A DNA stretch of 64,000 bases, taken from positions 187,391 to 251,390 of the forward strand of contig JBAYHR010000001.1 in the NCBI GenBank assembly GCA_041666045.1, given 5' to 3'. Both the position numbers and the translations under genes were made by a program. Positions within the stretch are counted from its first letter, which is position 1. Each line of letters begins with the position of its first letter. This DNA comes from Minisyncoccota bacterium. GTDB taxonomy: Bacteria; Patescibacteriota; Minisyncoccia; Phycocordibacterales; UBA9973. The notes under the pieces are model-generated. The model saw only the letters and a list, made by a program, of their open reading frames with translations. It was not told the DNA's origin and did not search any database. Of the stretch, positions 8,939 through 18,125 are shown one piece after another.

Positions 8939-11461
8939 TTATTTTTCAATTACTATTTTTTTATTAAGTATCTCATCTTCCCCTTTTAATATTAAAATGT
9001 AAACTCCTTGGTTAAAATCACTTAAATTTAATTCAATTTTATTAAAATTATGTAATTGTTCTTTATATACAATTTCTCCTAACATATTGTAGATATTTAT
9101 CTGAACATCTTTTTTCATATTCGAATTTAGGGCAATAGTAAATACTCCTGAACTTGGATTTGGATATATATTCAAAATTTTATCTTCCATTGCTAATTCT
9201 GGCACGCCAATACCCCCAAGCCCGGAAACTTCGACATGGATAAATTTGTCAGGGGTACGATTACCTTGTATATTTGGCTGTGACATATCTAAAGTTCTAT
9301 GATTAAACTTACATTTGTAATCTGTTCCCCAATTATATTCAGATACACAAATTACAGAACCTGTAACAGAGTTTACATATGCTACATGTCCATTTTCTCC
9401 AGCACCATTAATTGATGGATCAGAATGACCTTCCCACCAAGCAATAGAACCAATAGAAGGAATATTATTTACAGTAACACCATTTGCAGAAAAAATATTA
9501 TTCCAACGACAAGCATTAGATAATCTATAATCTACTCCAATAACATTGCAAATTGTTGAAATATCACTATGATCACCATCAAATATCCAATTATTAAAAG
9601 GATACTCGTTTGTGGGTAAAGTAATGGAAGTTTCTCCAAAAAACTCATTCACTTTCCAAGCTACATAAGAAACACATTGATATTTAATAAATCCCCATAT
9701 ATCGCCACCTACTAAACAAGGAGGAGCTCCTTCTCCAAAAGGAAATGTGTTTGTGTCGCATAAAATTGATTCTTCAACATTTACTGAAATAAAACTGTAA
9801 TTATTAGTATAATCAGTTTCGTTTAAATCATGTGGTGCATTTGCAATAATAATTATATACCATAAATTAGACGGGATATTTGATGGAATTGAAACTGTAA
9901 CAGTACGAGTAGTACTGCCTGTAATAGGTAAACTAGGTATATAATCATCTTTAATCCACGTGTCTATTCCTGAATTATATACATTATCATTTGATAGGAA
10001 AAAAGATGTAATTGAATTACCTGCTGTTCCGTTTCCTATATTATTTATAGTATAAGTTATTTGTGTTGAAGCTAATGGAATAAGATTAGAAATATTTACT
10101 GAAGGATATGTGATTGTTAAATCGGGTAGTATTGTTGTATTCTGTGTATATGTGCCTGTTAGATTATTTGTATTTCCATTAGTAACGGATATTGATTGAC
10201 TGTTAGGTGCAATCCATCCCGAAACTATATTGAAACCTACTGTATGATTTCCAGTTAAAACATTTGGTAAAATATAACCACTTGCATAATTACCTGTACC
10301 ATCAAGATTCCATGTTGCACCAGCACTTACCGCACCACTTGGATTAATTATTACCTTCACTGAACCATAAGTAACATTTTGTATGTAAGTACCTGTTAGA
10401 TTATTTGTATTACCGTTGGTAACCGTAATGGATTGGCTATTGGGCGAAGTCCATCCAGTAATAGAATAGAAATTAATCGTATGGTTTCCAGTAAGAATAT
10501 TATTTAAAGTTGTTCCACTATTTTGCCAACTACCTCCGTCAATATTCCATAGAGCACCCGCACTAACTGCACTGCTTGGATTGATAGTTACATGCACTGA
10601 ACCATATTGTGTTACAGGGTTAACAGTCAAATATGCATAATTGCTTTGTGCTTGGTTATTATTATTACAATTATTAATGAGACAATAATAGTTTCCTGCA
10701 TCACTAGTATTAAGGATAGGAGTAGTATATGAATTACTTGTGCTCGATGTGTTAGTAGTGTTAGTTATAAAACCACTTGGTCCATACCAAAAATAAGAAA
10801 AAGGAGGCGTTCCATTTACAGAAACATTAAATGTGGCAGTATTTCCAACTGTTTGGGTTTGAGTCTGAGGCTGTGTAACCATTGATACAGGCGTACAAGG
10901 TGTGGATGCTACATATATAAAAGAAACATTATCTAATCTTAAAGTTGATGGCAATGATGAATTTGTTGCACCATCAAATTCAATACTTAATTGTGTCCCT
11001 GCTAATAATAAATTAGGATCTGTTAAAGTATATGTTAACGTACTACCTGAAACATTTCCGATTGCCCATGGTTGTGCTGCCAAATACCAAGTGTATGGTG
11101 AATTTACAAGGGAAATAAAAGCTGTTATACCATCATGTCCTGTGGCGTTTTCAGTTCCAGTAGCATTCCAACAAAAACTTAAAGTTGCAGATGAACAATT
11201 TACAGGAATTGTGACAATTTGTTTTATCGTTCCTGATAGATTATTATCTGGTGAACCAGTAGAGTTAGCAATATAGGCATAACCAGTAGAAGGTGATCCA
11301 CATGGAGAATTAGTGTATGTTTGTCCGTAATCAAAATTACCGCTTGTTATCCAAGCAGAGTTCATTGTAGAAAAATTACCATCAATAATAAGTTCTGTTT
11401 GTGAAAAAACGTTTCCAACATATATGGTCAGAATTAAGAAAAAAAGTAAAGTTGTTTTCAT
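8939..11461 (-). CDS. T9SS-CTD protein with Ig-like, repeat, CARDB-like and CHAP-like domains
   Basis: Signal peptide MKTTLL..VFS/Q (start 11461); QCVSYVAWKVN...GHVAYV...VSEYNW CHAP motifs; C-terminal IYPNPSSG...IYNMLGE...QGVYIL...KKIVIEK. Confidence 0.8.
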   Translation of the reverse strand: MKTTLLFFLILTIYVGNVFSQTELIIDGNFSTMNSAWITSGNFDYGQTYTNSPCGSPSTGYAYIANSTGSPDNNLSGTIKQIVTIPVNCSSATLSFCWNATGTENATGHDGITAFISLVNSPYTWYLAAQPWAIGNVSGSTLTYTLTDPNLLLAGTQLSIEFDGATNSSLPSTLRLDNVSFIYVASTPCTPVSMVTQPQTQTQTVGNTATFNVSVNGTPPFSYFWYGPSGFITNTTNTSSTSNSYTTPILNTSDAGNYYCLINNCNNNNQAQSNYAYLTVNPVTQYGSVHVTINPSSAVSAGALWNIDGGSWQNSGTTLNNILTGNHTINFYSITGWTSPNSQSITVTNGNTNNLTGTYIQNVTYGSVKVIINPSGAVSAGATWNLDGTGNYASGYILPNVLTGNHTVGFNIVSGWIAPNSQSISVTNGNTNNLTGTYTQNTTILPDLTITYPSVNISNLIPLASTQITYTINNIGNGTAGNSITSFFLSNDNVYNSGIDTWIKDDYIPSLPITGSTTRTVTVSIPSNIPSNLWYIIIIANAPHDLNETDYTNNYSFISVNVEESILCDTNTFPFGEGAPPCLVGGDIWGFIKYQCVSYVAWKVNEFFGETSITLPTNEYPFNNWIFDGDHSDISTICNVIGVDYRLSNACRWNNIFSANGVTVNNIPSIGSIAWWEGHSDPSINGAGENGHVAYVNSVTGSVICVSEYNWGTDYKCKFNHRTLDMSQPNIQGNRTPDKFIHVEVSGLGGIGVPELAMEDKILNIYPNPSSGVFTIALNSNMKKDVQINIYNMLGEIVYKEQLHNFNKIELNLSDFNQGVYILILKGEDEILNKKIVIEK

Positions 11462-11640
11462 AAGTGAGTTGTTATAGGCTAGTTTTATATTTTTTAAGAT
11501 TAATTTGTCATTCAACCATTTTTACTATTATATAAAGATAAAGAATTTTAAAAAGGTAACCACTATTTCTAAAAATAATTTAGAAAATTAATGCCTACCC
11601 TCTCACTTTCCTACCTCGTTCATGCCTCCCTTCCCGCATA

Positions 11641-11689
11641 GCAAGATTGCGTATGGACTGTCAACAATGACAGCCATACGCAATCTTGC
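11641..11689. repeat. Long GC-rich intergenic hairpin
   Basis: GCAAGATTGCGTATGG / CCATACGCAATCTTGC perfect 16-bp arms plus inner CTGTCA/TGACAG. Confidence 0.85.
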
Positions 11690-11818
11690 GGTGGACTCTG
11701 TCCCCCGTGCCCCCAGCAAAAACAGTTTCAATCGTAAATTGAAACTGATAAAAATAAATTTAATTTATAAGAATGCACTACCCGAAATTAAATTAACTAA
11801 ATTAAACTTGCAACAACT

Positions 11819-13252
11819 TTAATGCGAAATAATTAACTTCTGAAACATTTGCTTTTCTTTTGTTTGCACTTCAATAATATACATGCCTTGCGGTAATTGT
11901 GAAGTGTTAACTTTTACTTTATTTGCTGAATAATTTTGTTGTTTTAATAATTTACCTTCTATTGTATAAAGCTCTACTTCTTTAATAATTTGCTCATTCT
12001 CTGTTGTTATTTCAAATGAAGTGTTGGCGGGGTTAGGATAAATACTTAAATTACTTTCATTTATTATTTCGGGAATGCTATTACTTTGACTACAGGTATC
12101 AATATAAGAGCCACCAATCCATTTGGCAATTCGCAGAATACTATCACCATCAATAGTCCAAAAGCCACCACTTACATATAAAGTATCCTTATCCCATCCA
12201 ATTGCAGTTATTCTATTATCGAAATTACCGCCTAACCCGCACCATTTTGAACCATCCCATTTTGCAATATATTTTGCTGGAACACCTCCTGCATAACTGA
12301 ATATACCACCAATGTAAAGCTCACCATTATGAATTTTCATATCGTGAATTTGCCCATTATCTGATATGGAACCCGACAAACCAAGAGTACCACCTCCAAC
12401 ATCTTTCCATTGGGTTCCGTTCCACCGCTGAATAAAATTACCGACATTGCCGTCCTGAAGGTAAAATGCACCTGAAATATAAAGTTCGTCTTTATAAACC
12501 ACCATATCCTCAAGACCTGACATTCCACCGTGCATACCACCACCAACATTAACCCATGATGAACCATTAAATTTTATAATATCTGAAATAGTATCATTAT
12601 CAAAATTGCCACCAATATATAATTCATCATTATAATTCGCTATAGCTAAAACGTAATTAATGTCAGGGGTAGTCCACAGCATAGGGAAACTATTTACATC
12701 ACTCCAATTACTTCCATTCCATTTAGCAAGACTGTTAACATGAATAGTTCCAGCAGAATCAAATGTGCCACCAACATATAATTCATTGTTGATTTCTTTA
12801 AAACAATAAATAGAACCATTCACACCAGTACCAACAGTATCCCATGTTATACCGTTCCATTTAGCTATATGACGAAATTTACCAAATAAATATATGTTAT
12901 AACCACCAACATATATTTCGTTATTGTATTTTGTAATAGCAGTTACTGTAGCCCCCATATTAAGTCCAAGTGACAAAAAATTATTTCCATCCCATTTAGC
13001 AATACCACGAATATTATCAACCCCTAACAAATAAAAATATCCTCCGATATACATCTCATTTTCAATGGTGTCTTCATATATACAATTCGCACCCTCCCTA
13101 ATTCCGCCAATACCCTGCCAATTTTGTGCATTAGTAACTACAGGACTTATTATAAGCCAGAGTATAAAAAAGCGGACTAACATATTATTTGTCCTACACC
13201 AAATTCTTTGTTGGAGAGAACTCCAACAAAGAATTAAAAAACGGGTTAACAT
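11819..13252 (-). CDS. T9SS-CTD beta-propeller-repeat protein
   Basis: Repeated ELY(V/I)GG.F...IAKW(D/N)G..W units; C-terminal IYPNPAN...LPQGMYII...KLIISH; true start may be the internal MLVRFF. Confidence 0.8.
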   Translation of the reverse strand: MLTRFLILCWSSLQQRIWCRTNNMLVRFFILWLIISPVVTNAQNWQGIGGIREGANCIYEDTIENEMYIGGYFYLLGVDNIRGIAKWDGNNFLSLGLNMGATVTAITKYNNEIYVGGYNIYLFGKFRHIAKWNGITWDTVGTGVNGSIYCFKEINNELYVGGTFDSAGTIHVNSLAKWNGSNWSDVNSFPMLWTTPDINYVLAIANYNDELYIGGNFDNDTISDIIKFNGSSWVNVGGGMHGGMSGLEDMVVYKDELYISGAFYLQDGNVGNFIQRWNGTQWKDVGGGTLGLSGSISDNGQIHDMKIHNGELYIGGIFSYAGGVPAKYIAKWDGSKWCGLGGNFDNRITAIGWDKDTLYVSGGFWTIDGDSILRIAKWIGGSYIDTCSQSNSIPEIINESNLSIYPNPANTSFEITTENEQIIKEVELYTIEGKLLKQQNYSANKVKVNTSQLPQGMYIIEVQTKEKQMFQKLIISH

Positions 13253-13253
13253 A

Positions 13254-16200
13254 TTATTTTTGTTTTATTATTTTACCCATGTGATTTTTACCTGAAATAT
13301 TTACAACTACAAAATAAATTCCATCTGAATAATCAGTTAAATTAATAGTTTTATTAAATGAACCTGCTAAATTATTAGAATTATTTTCGAATAATTTTTG
13401 TCCCATTGAATTATACACTGAAATTGTTATATTTTCTTTTTCTTTAAATTCTGCTTTTAGAGTATAAATTCCATTGCTTGGATTTGGATAAATAATAAAC
13501 GGTATTTTTGAATTAATAGTATTTTCTTCGATACCATATAAAATTGAATTTAAATCGAAACGTGCAATAAAACCATCGCTGAAATTACTGCTTGCATTTT
13601 CCCACTGTATCCATGCACCATTACCAAGATCAACAATAGGGAAAGCAGGCGTAACATAGTGCATACTACTAGTTCCTCCAACTAAATAAAGTCTATTATT
13701 GCTTGAAACAGTGCAAGCGTTTCCAAAATCATTTTCAGAACCTCCGAAATAAGTAGCCCAAATACGTTCATTATCACTAAAAGTGAATCCTAAAATATAG
13801 GCATCGCTTATATTAGAAGAATTAGCTATAGTATCCTGATTATATGCTCCGCTTAAAGATAAAGTATCTAATCCTCTTGTAGAACCTACTACAAAAAAAT
13901 AATCATATTTCATTGCAATAATATCATTTCCTGTATTAAAATCAGTATTTCCATAATATGTTGACCATAATCTATTTCCATTGTTACTGAATCTTGAAAT
14001 AAAAGTATTACTTGTACCATTAAGGGTAGTATCGCAATACGCAGGTGAACCGGGATTGTACCAAGGAAAATTTGTACTGCTTGTATTTCCTGTTATTAAT
14101 AAATTTCCACTGCCGGAAATATTTAACGCAATACCATTTTCATCACCACTTCCACCAAAATATGTTGACCAAACAATGGCATCAGAAGAGTTAAATTTTG
14201 CTATAAAAGCATCTGAAGTACCACTAATAGCATTATCAAAATAAGCACCGCTACCCGGATTAGTAACATTCATATCGTTACTTGAAACAGTACCTGTTAT
14301 AAAAACATTATCAGAATTATCTGTTTTAACGCTTGTTATCTCGTTTCCACTACTAGTCCCGGTATTAAAGAATGTTGCCCAAAGCCGTGCACCTTGCTTA
14401 GTAAACTTTGTTATTAGTCCGTCTCCTTTTGTACTATTATAATATGCACCCGGTAATGAATCTAAAGGAGTATTATTAACACTTCCTACACCAACAATAT
14501 ACAAATTATTGTTATTATCGCCAGTTATACTGCAAAAGAGGGAAGAACTATAATAAGTGTTCCAAATTATATTATTTCCGTTCGGATTCAATTCTAATAT
14601 AAAAGACCCTCCAGATGTACTGTCAACATAAGCACCAGATGGTTGTGAATTAACAGGTTGAATTGGAAAATCAGTACTACTTGCTTCTCCAACAACATAT
14701 ATATTTCCAGTAGTATTATCGGGGAAAATAGAGTATCCTACATCAAAACTTGTTCCGCCATAATATGTTACAAATTTTCGATGACCAGTATTATCGAATT
14801 TAAGAATTGTTGCATCTACATCGCCATGAAAATAATTACTTGATAAACCATTATATGGCGGAAAATTATTACTTGAAGTAAAACCTGTAATATAAGAATA
14901 TTGATTATCATTGTCGGTTTCTATGTCATGAAATCCATCGGGTACACTACCACCATAATATGTACTCCAGTCGAGATTGCCAATTTGTTGCTGTTGCTGT
15001 GTATGTCCCAAGTCAACCTGAATTATTAAAGCCTTAGCTGTATTATATGAACCAATATTAAATTGGTAATAATTATATGTGCTGTCTGTTTGCCAGTCGG
15101 CTGTCCAGCCAGTAATGGTATCGACTGTATTGTCGGTTTCCAACTGGTAAACTGTTGGTCTTTCATAAGTAATACTGCCAATGGAGCTATTTATTGTTAA
15201 TTCATTTGTAGTACCATCTAAATTAAATGAACTTGCACCGTCGTATTCCATCATAATGTCCGTAGGGTCTCCGCCCGGTTTAACAATAAAATAGTATTTT
15301 ATTCCGTTTTGGTTACTGCTGTACATTAAGTCAATGTTTGGATATAGTTCGGTAGTAACTAACTTTTTGTTACCACGTATTTCAGTAACTCCATCGGAGC
15401 AATGTGCTAAAAAGTAATTCATATATTCAGTAGTTTCTTCTAAAGGGTATGTTTTTGCATTTGTATTACATTTTGAAAATGCAACATCTATACGGTGTAA
15501 TGTATCTGTTGTGCTTATAATAGTATCAACATGTGCAAAAACAAAACTGTTACTATTTTTTCTAATATAAAATTCGGGAGAAGAATTTTTAGCATAATAT
15601 TTAATATCTGGTACAAGGTTAGTGTCTGTATCTATTATTTGTCCACTATTTTTGTAATATGAAAAACTATTTAGTGGGTCTTCACCATTGTAATCGGTAG
15701 GTGTAATAATATCTTTTTCAACATATTTTATAGTATAATATTCAAATTCACCAGGTGCAGTTTCACTTTCGCCTGTTACAACAATATCTTGATTGTTATC
15801 AATTGTAATATTTGTAACTTTATCGTTCAAATGATTTTCACCATCATTATGGATTGTCCAAATTACATTACCACTGGCATCGTATTTCATTGTATAATAA
15901 TCTGTACTGTCAATTTGCGTAAAAAAATAACCTGAGACATAAATATTTCCTGATGTGTCTATTGCCATAGCATAAGCTTCATCATCACCATCTAATGAAT
16001 CGTTAAATGTTTCGACCCATTGTTGAGTTCCACTGCTGTTATATTTTATTGTGGTAATATTTTTACCTTCTGTTGAAGAAGTTGTATAACCAGTAACATA
16101 GACATTACCAGAAGCATCAACTTTAATTCCTTTAGCAATATCATCAAGATTACTTCCACTATTATAGGTATTTTCCCAAGCTAAAGAAAGTGTTGAAGTA

Positions 16201-17084
16201 AGTTTTATTATATCGTAATTGTAACCTTGTCCGGAAACAGGTGTTGCTCCAACAATGTAAATATTACCTGATGCATCTTCAACCATATCGTTTACCTGAT
16301 CTATCCCTGTTGAACTATTCGAGCTTATAGAACCGAATCCCCAAGCACCTGTAGATTTATTAAAACTTTTACTGCACCATTTATAAGTTGTTGTGCCTGT
16401 TTGAAGTATGCCTGATACAGTTCCATTAGTACTACCAATGCTGATTTTAACTCCGGCATCGTTCAAGTTTGAAGAATGATTGTAACGACTTGCCCATTGC
16501 TGGGTTCCACTGCTGTTATATTTGATTGCCATTAAGTCAGTATTTGGAGTTGCATTATAACTGCTTCCGGTTATATAAACATCCCCGTTTGAATCAACTA
16601 CAATTTCTGCTCCTGAATCATAACTGCCTCCAGTTCCATTATAAGTTGACAGCCATTGCTGTGTACCGCTACTGTTGTATTTAATAGTGATAATATCGGC
16701 ATCGGTTGATGATGTAGTTACTGTTCCAGTAACATAGACATTTCCACTGCCATCAACATATAAACCTGCGCCAATATCCTGTCCGTTTGCACCACCGTTA
16801 TATTGTTGAATCCATTGCAATACTCCTGATGAATTATATTTGGCAGTAAGAATATCATAATTATTATTTCCGTTCATTGTTGCTCCTACTATATACACAT
16901 TGTTGCTACCATCGGTTTTGGTAACATTTTTATAAAAGAAGTTCTGCGAACCGTCTGTACTTGACCAGTCGGCGAATACTTTTAATTCGCTTTGCGAAAA
17001 AACTGTTTGAACAAAAGCCATAAGGCTTAAAAAGAAGCAAAATGCAATGCTTACTTTGATAGATTTTGTAATTGTTGTTTTCAT
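13254..17084 (-). CDS. T9SS-CTD protein with SBBP-like beta-propeller repeats
   Basis: VD.SGNVYVTG...TIKYNSSG.QQW and WSTYYGGS..D repeats; C-terminal IYPNPSNG...DGIYFV...KIIKQK. Confidence 0.85.
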   Translation of the reverse strand: MKTTITKSIKVSIAFCFFLSLMAFVQTVFSQSELKVFADWSSTDGSQNFFYKNVTKTDGSNNVYIVGATMNGNNNYDILTAKYNSSGVLQWIQQYNGGANGQDIGAGLYVDGSGNVYVTGTVTTSSTDADIITIKYNSSGTQQWLSTYNGTGGSYDSGAEIVVDSNGDVYITGSSYNATPNTDLMAIKYNSSGTQQWASRYNHSSNLNDAGVKISIGSTNGTVSGILQTGTTTYKWCSKSFNKSTGAWGFGSISSNSSTGIDQVNDMVEDASGNIYIVGATPVSGQGYNYDIIKLTSTLSLAWENTYNSGSNLDDIAKGIKVDASGNVYVTGYTTSSTEGKNITTIKYNSSGTQQWVETFNDSLDGDDEAYAMAIDTSGNIYVSGYFFTQIDSTDYYTMKYDASGNVIWTIHNDGENHLNDKVTNITIDNNQDIVVTGESETAPGEFEYYTIKYVEKDIITPTDYNGEDPLNSFSYYKNSGQIIDTDTNLVPDIKYYAKNSSPEFYIRKNSNSFVFAHVDTIISTTDTLHRIDVAFSKCNTNAKTYPLEETTEYMNYFLAHCSDGVTEIRGNKKLVTTELYPNIDLMYSSNQNGIKYYFIVKPGGDPTDIMMEYDGASSFNLDGTTNELTINSSIGSITYERPTVYQLETDNTVDTITGWTADWQTDSTYNYYQFNIGSYNTAKALIIQVDLGHTQQQQQIGNLDWSTYYGGSVPDGFHDIETDNDNQYSYITGFTSSNNFPPYNGLSSNYFHGDVDATILKFDNTGHRKFVTYYGGTSFDVGYSIFPDNTTGNIYVVGEASSTDFPIQPVNSQPSGAYVDSTSGGSFILELNPNGNNIIWNTYYSSSLFCSITGDNNNNLYIVGVGSVNNTPLDSLPGAYYNSTKGDGLITKFTKQGARLWATFFNTGTSSGNEITSVKTDNSDNVFITGTVSSNDMNVTNPGSGAYFDNAISGTSDAFIAKFNSSDAIVWSTYFGGSGDENGIALNISGSGNLLITGNTSSTNFPWYNPGSPAYCDTTLNGTSNTFISRFSNNGNRLWSTYYGNTDFNTGNDIIAMKYDYFFVVGSTRGLDTLSLSGAYNQDTIANSSNISDAYILGFTFSDNERIWATYFGGSENDFGNACTVSSNNRLYLVGGTSSMHYVTPAFPIVDLGNGAWIQWENASSNFSDGFIARFDLNSILYGIEENTINSKIPFIIYPNPSNGIYTLKAEFKEKENITISVYNSMGQKLFENNSNNLAGSFNKTINLTDYSDGIYFVVVNISGKNHMGKIIKQK

Positions 17085-17212
17085 AATTGATAATTTTTAG
17101 TTAATATAAGTTTAAAAAAAATTCAAAATTCCTTTTATGGCTTATAGTAGCGGAAATGATTAAAAGTTACCCAACAATTAAATTTTATTTTTTAAAACCT
17201 TTAAAATTTTAC

Positions 17213-17351
17213 AAAAAAAAGGGCATGGGACATAACTGTATTCATACTGAGGCTCTCGCGAAGCCCACGTCACAAATAAGTATGCCCACGCCTTTGGCGT
17301 GAGCGTTATACTTATTATTCTAATGACGTTATAAATTTGCGAGATTCCAGT
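17213..17351 (-). promoter_or_regulatory. Structured 5' leader (long hairpin with alternative terminator-like pairing)
   Basis: Nested complementary segments ACTG/CAGT, TCTCGC/GCGAGA, ACGTCA/TGACGT, AATAAGTAT/ATACTTATT, GCTCACGCC/GGCGTGGGC; followed by TATGTCCCATGCCC-T8. Confidence 0.6.
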
Positions 17352-17420
17352 AAGAGAATAACAATAAACGCTACCAATATTTTTTAAAGAACGCATGTTA
17401 ACATTTTCATGTTTACTAAA

Positions 17421-17452
17421 CAAAGTTACAATACTTTTATTATAATGACAAA
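17421..17452 (-). promoter_or_regulatory. Bacteroidetes-type primary sigma promoter (-33/-7)
   Basis: Minus strand TTTG-20nt-TAACTTTG matches TTTG-N19-21-TAnnTTTG. Confidence 0.65.
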
Positions 17453-17744
17453 ATATTTAAAATATTTTGTTTTAAACCTAATTTTAACTTAAAAAAGGTA
17501 AAATTATCACTACTTTATAAATTCCATTAAAAAAGAGTTTGAAATTTTAAAAGGTAACCACTTTAATTCAAAGTTTATTTTATTTATATAACGTTTAAAG
17601 GGTTAAAAGTAATTCACATTCTCTTCAAATTGTCATCTGACAAGGCTTTTAGAAGGACGATAATAAATCATAAATCAGGGTGCAGAAAAGGTGTTTAATT
17701 AGGTGCAGAAATTTTTCCTTGATTTTTTCAATTTGCATAAAAAG

Positions 17745-17770
17745 AAAAGAGAGGCAACTGCCTCTCTTTC
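17745..17770 (-). terminator. Hairpin terminator after tRNA-Leu fragment
   Basis: AAAGAGAGGCA-AC-TGCCTCTCTTT with flanking A-run. Confidence 0.7.
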
Positions 17771-17773
17771 AAG

Positions 17774-17830
17774 TACCCCGGACCGGAATCGAACCGGTAC
17801 AGCCTTTGGGGCCACAGGATTTTAAGTCCT
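17774..17830 (-). pseudogene. tRNA-Leu(TAA) 3' half (att-type fragment)
   Basis: AGGACTTAAAATCCTG anticodon arm, variable arm, ACCGGTTCGATTCCGGT T-arm, CCGGGGTA; no D-arm or 5' acceptor strand. Confidence 0.85.
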
Positions 17831-17928
17831 TTTGTATTTATTAATATAAATACGATACAGCCCATTGTTTCTATGTTTAGCGCAAAACGATACACCTCAT
17901 AAGGTGCAGTAGCAAGGTGCGGAAAATC

Positions 17929-18033
17929 TTATTTTCCACTCATTTTTTTAATTAATATTTCTAGTGTTTCTATACTAAGTTTGATATCATTTTTATATGA
18001 ATAAAGTTTCGTAAGCCAAATTGATAGGTCACC
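17929..18033 (-). other. Displaced native 3' end of the serine recombinase gene (attR side)
   Basis: Start-less frame GD-LSIWLTKLYSYKNDIKLSIETLEILIKKMSGK* in the same GGT GAC register as the recombinase at 6154. Confidence 0.65.
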
Positions 18034-18125
18034 ATTTCGTGCTAGCACGAGAAGTATACTAGAAGCCTTCCATTTTAGTGGCTTTTTATATGTTTAAGAA
18101 AACTTAAAAATGCTAGAATACAACT

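Larger units (their letters stand above)
6148..18033. mobile_element. Integrative element at tRNA-Glu 3' end with serine recombinase and Bacteroidota-type cargo
   Basis: GGTCACC at 6148-6154 and 18027-18033; right copy continues as CCA; recombinase frame resumes across the reconstructed junction. Confidence 0.75.

Noticed and set aside
11622-11822. 66-aa + strand ORF
   Set aside because: Runs across the hairpin, antisense to the operon; no coding signal.
17178-17423. 81-aa ORF upstream of the SBBP gene
   Set aside because: Non-ATG start and overlaps the promoter and structured leader; more likely incidental, though a leader peptide cannot be excluded.
17774-17830. Functional tRNA-Leu gene
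   Set aside because: D-arm and 5' acceptor strand are missing and the upstream sequence is AT-rich and cannot pair; treated as an att-type fragment.
6148-18033. Prophage or conjugative element
   Set aside because: No structural, replication, relaxase or T4SS genes recognised; called only an integrative element.
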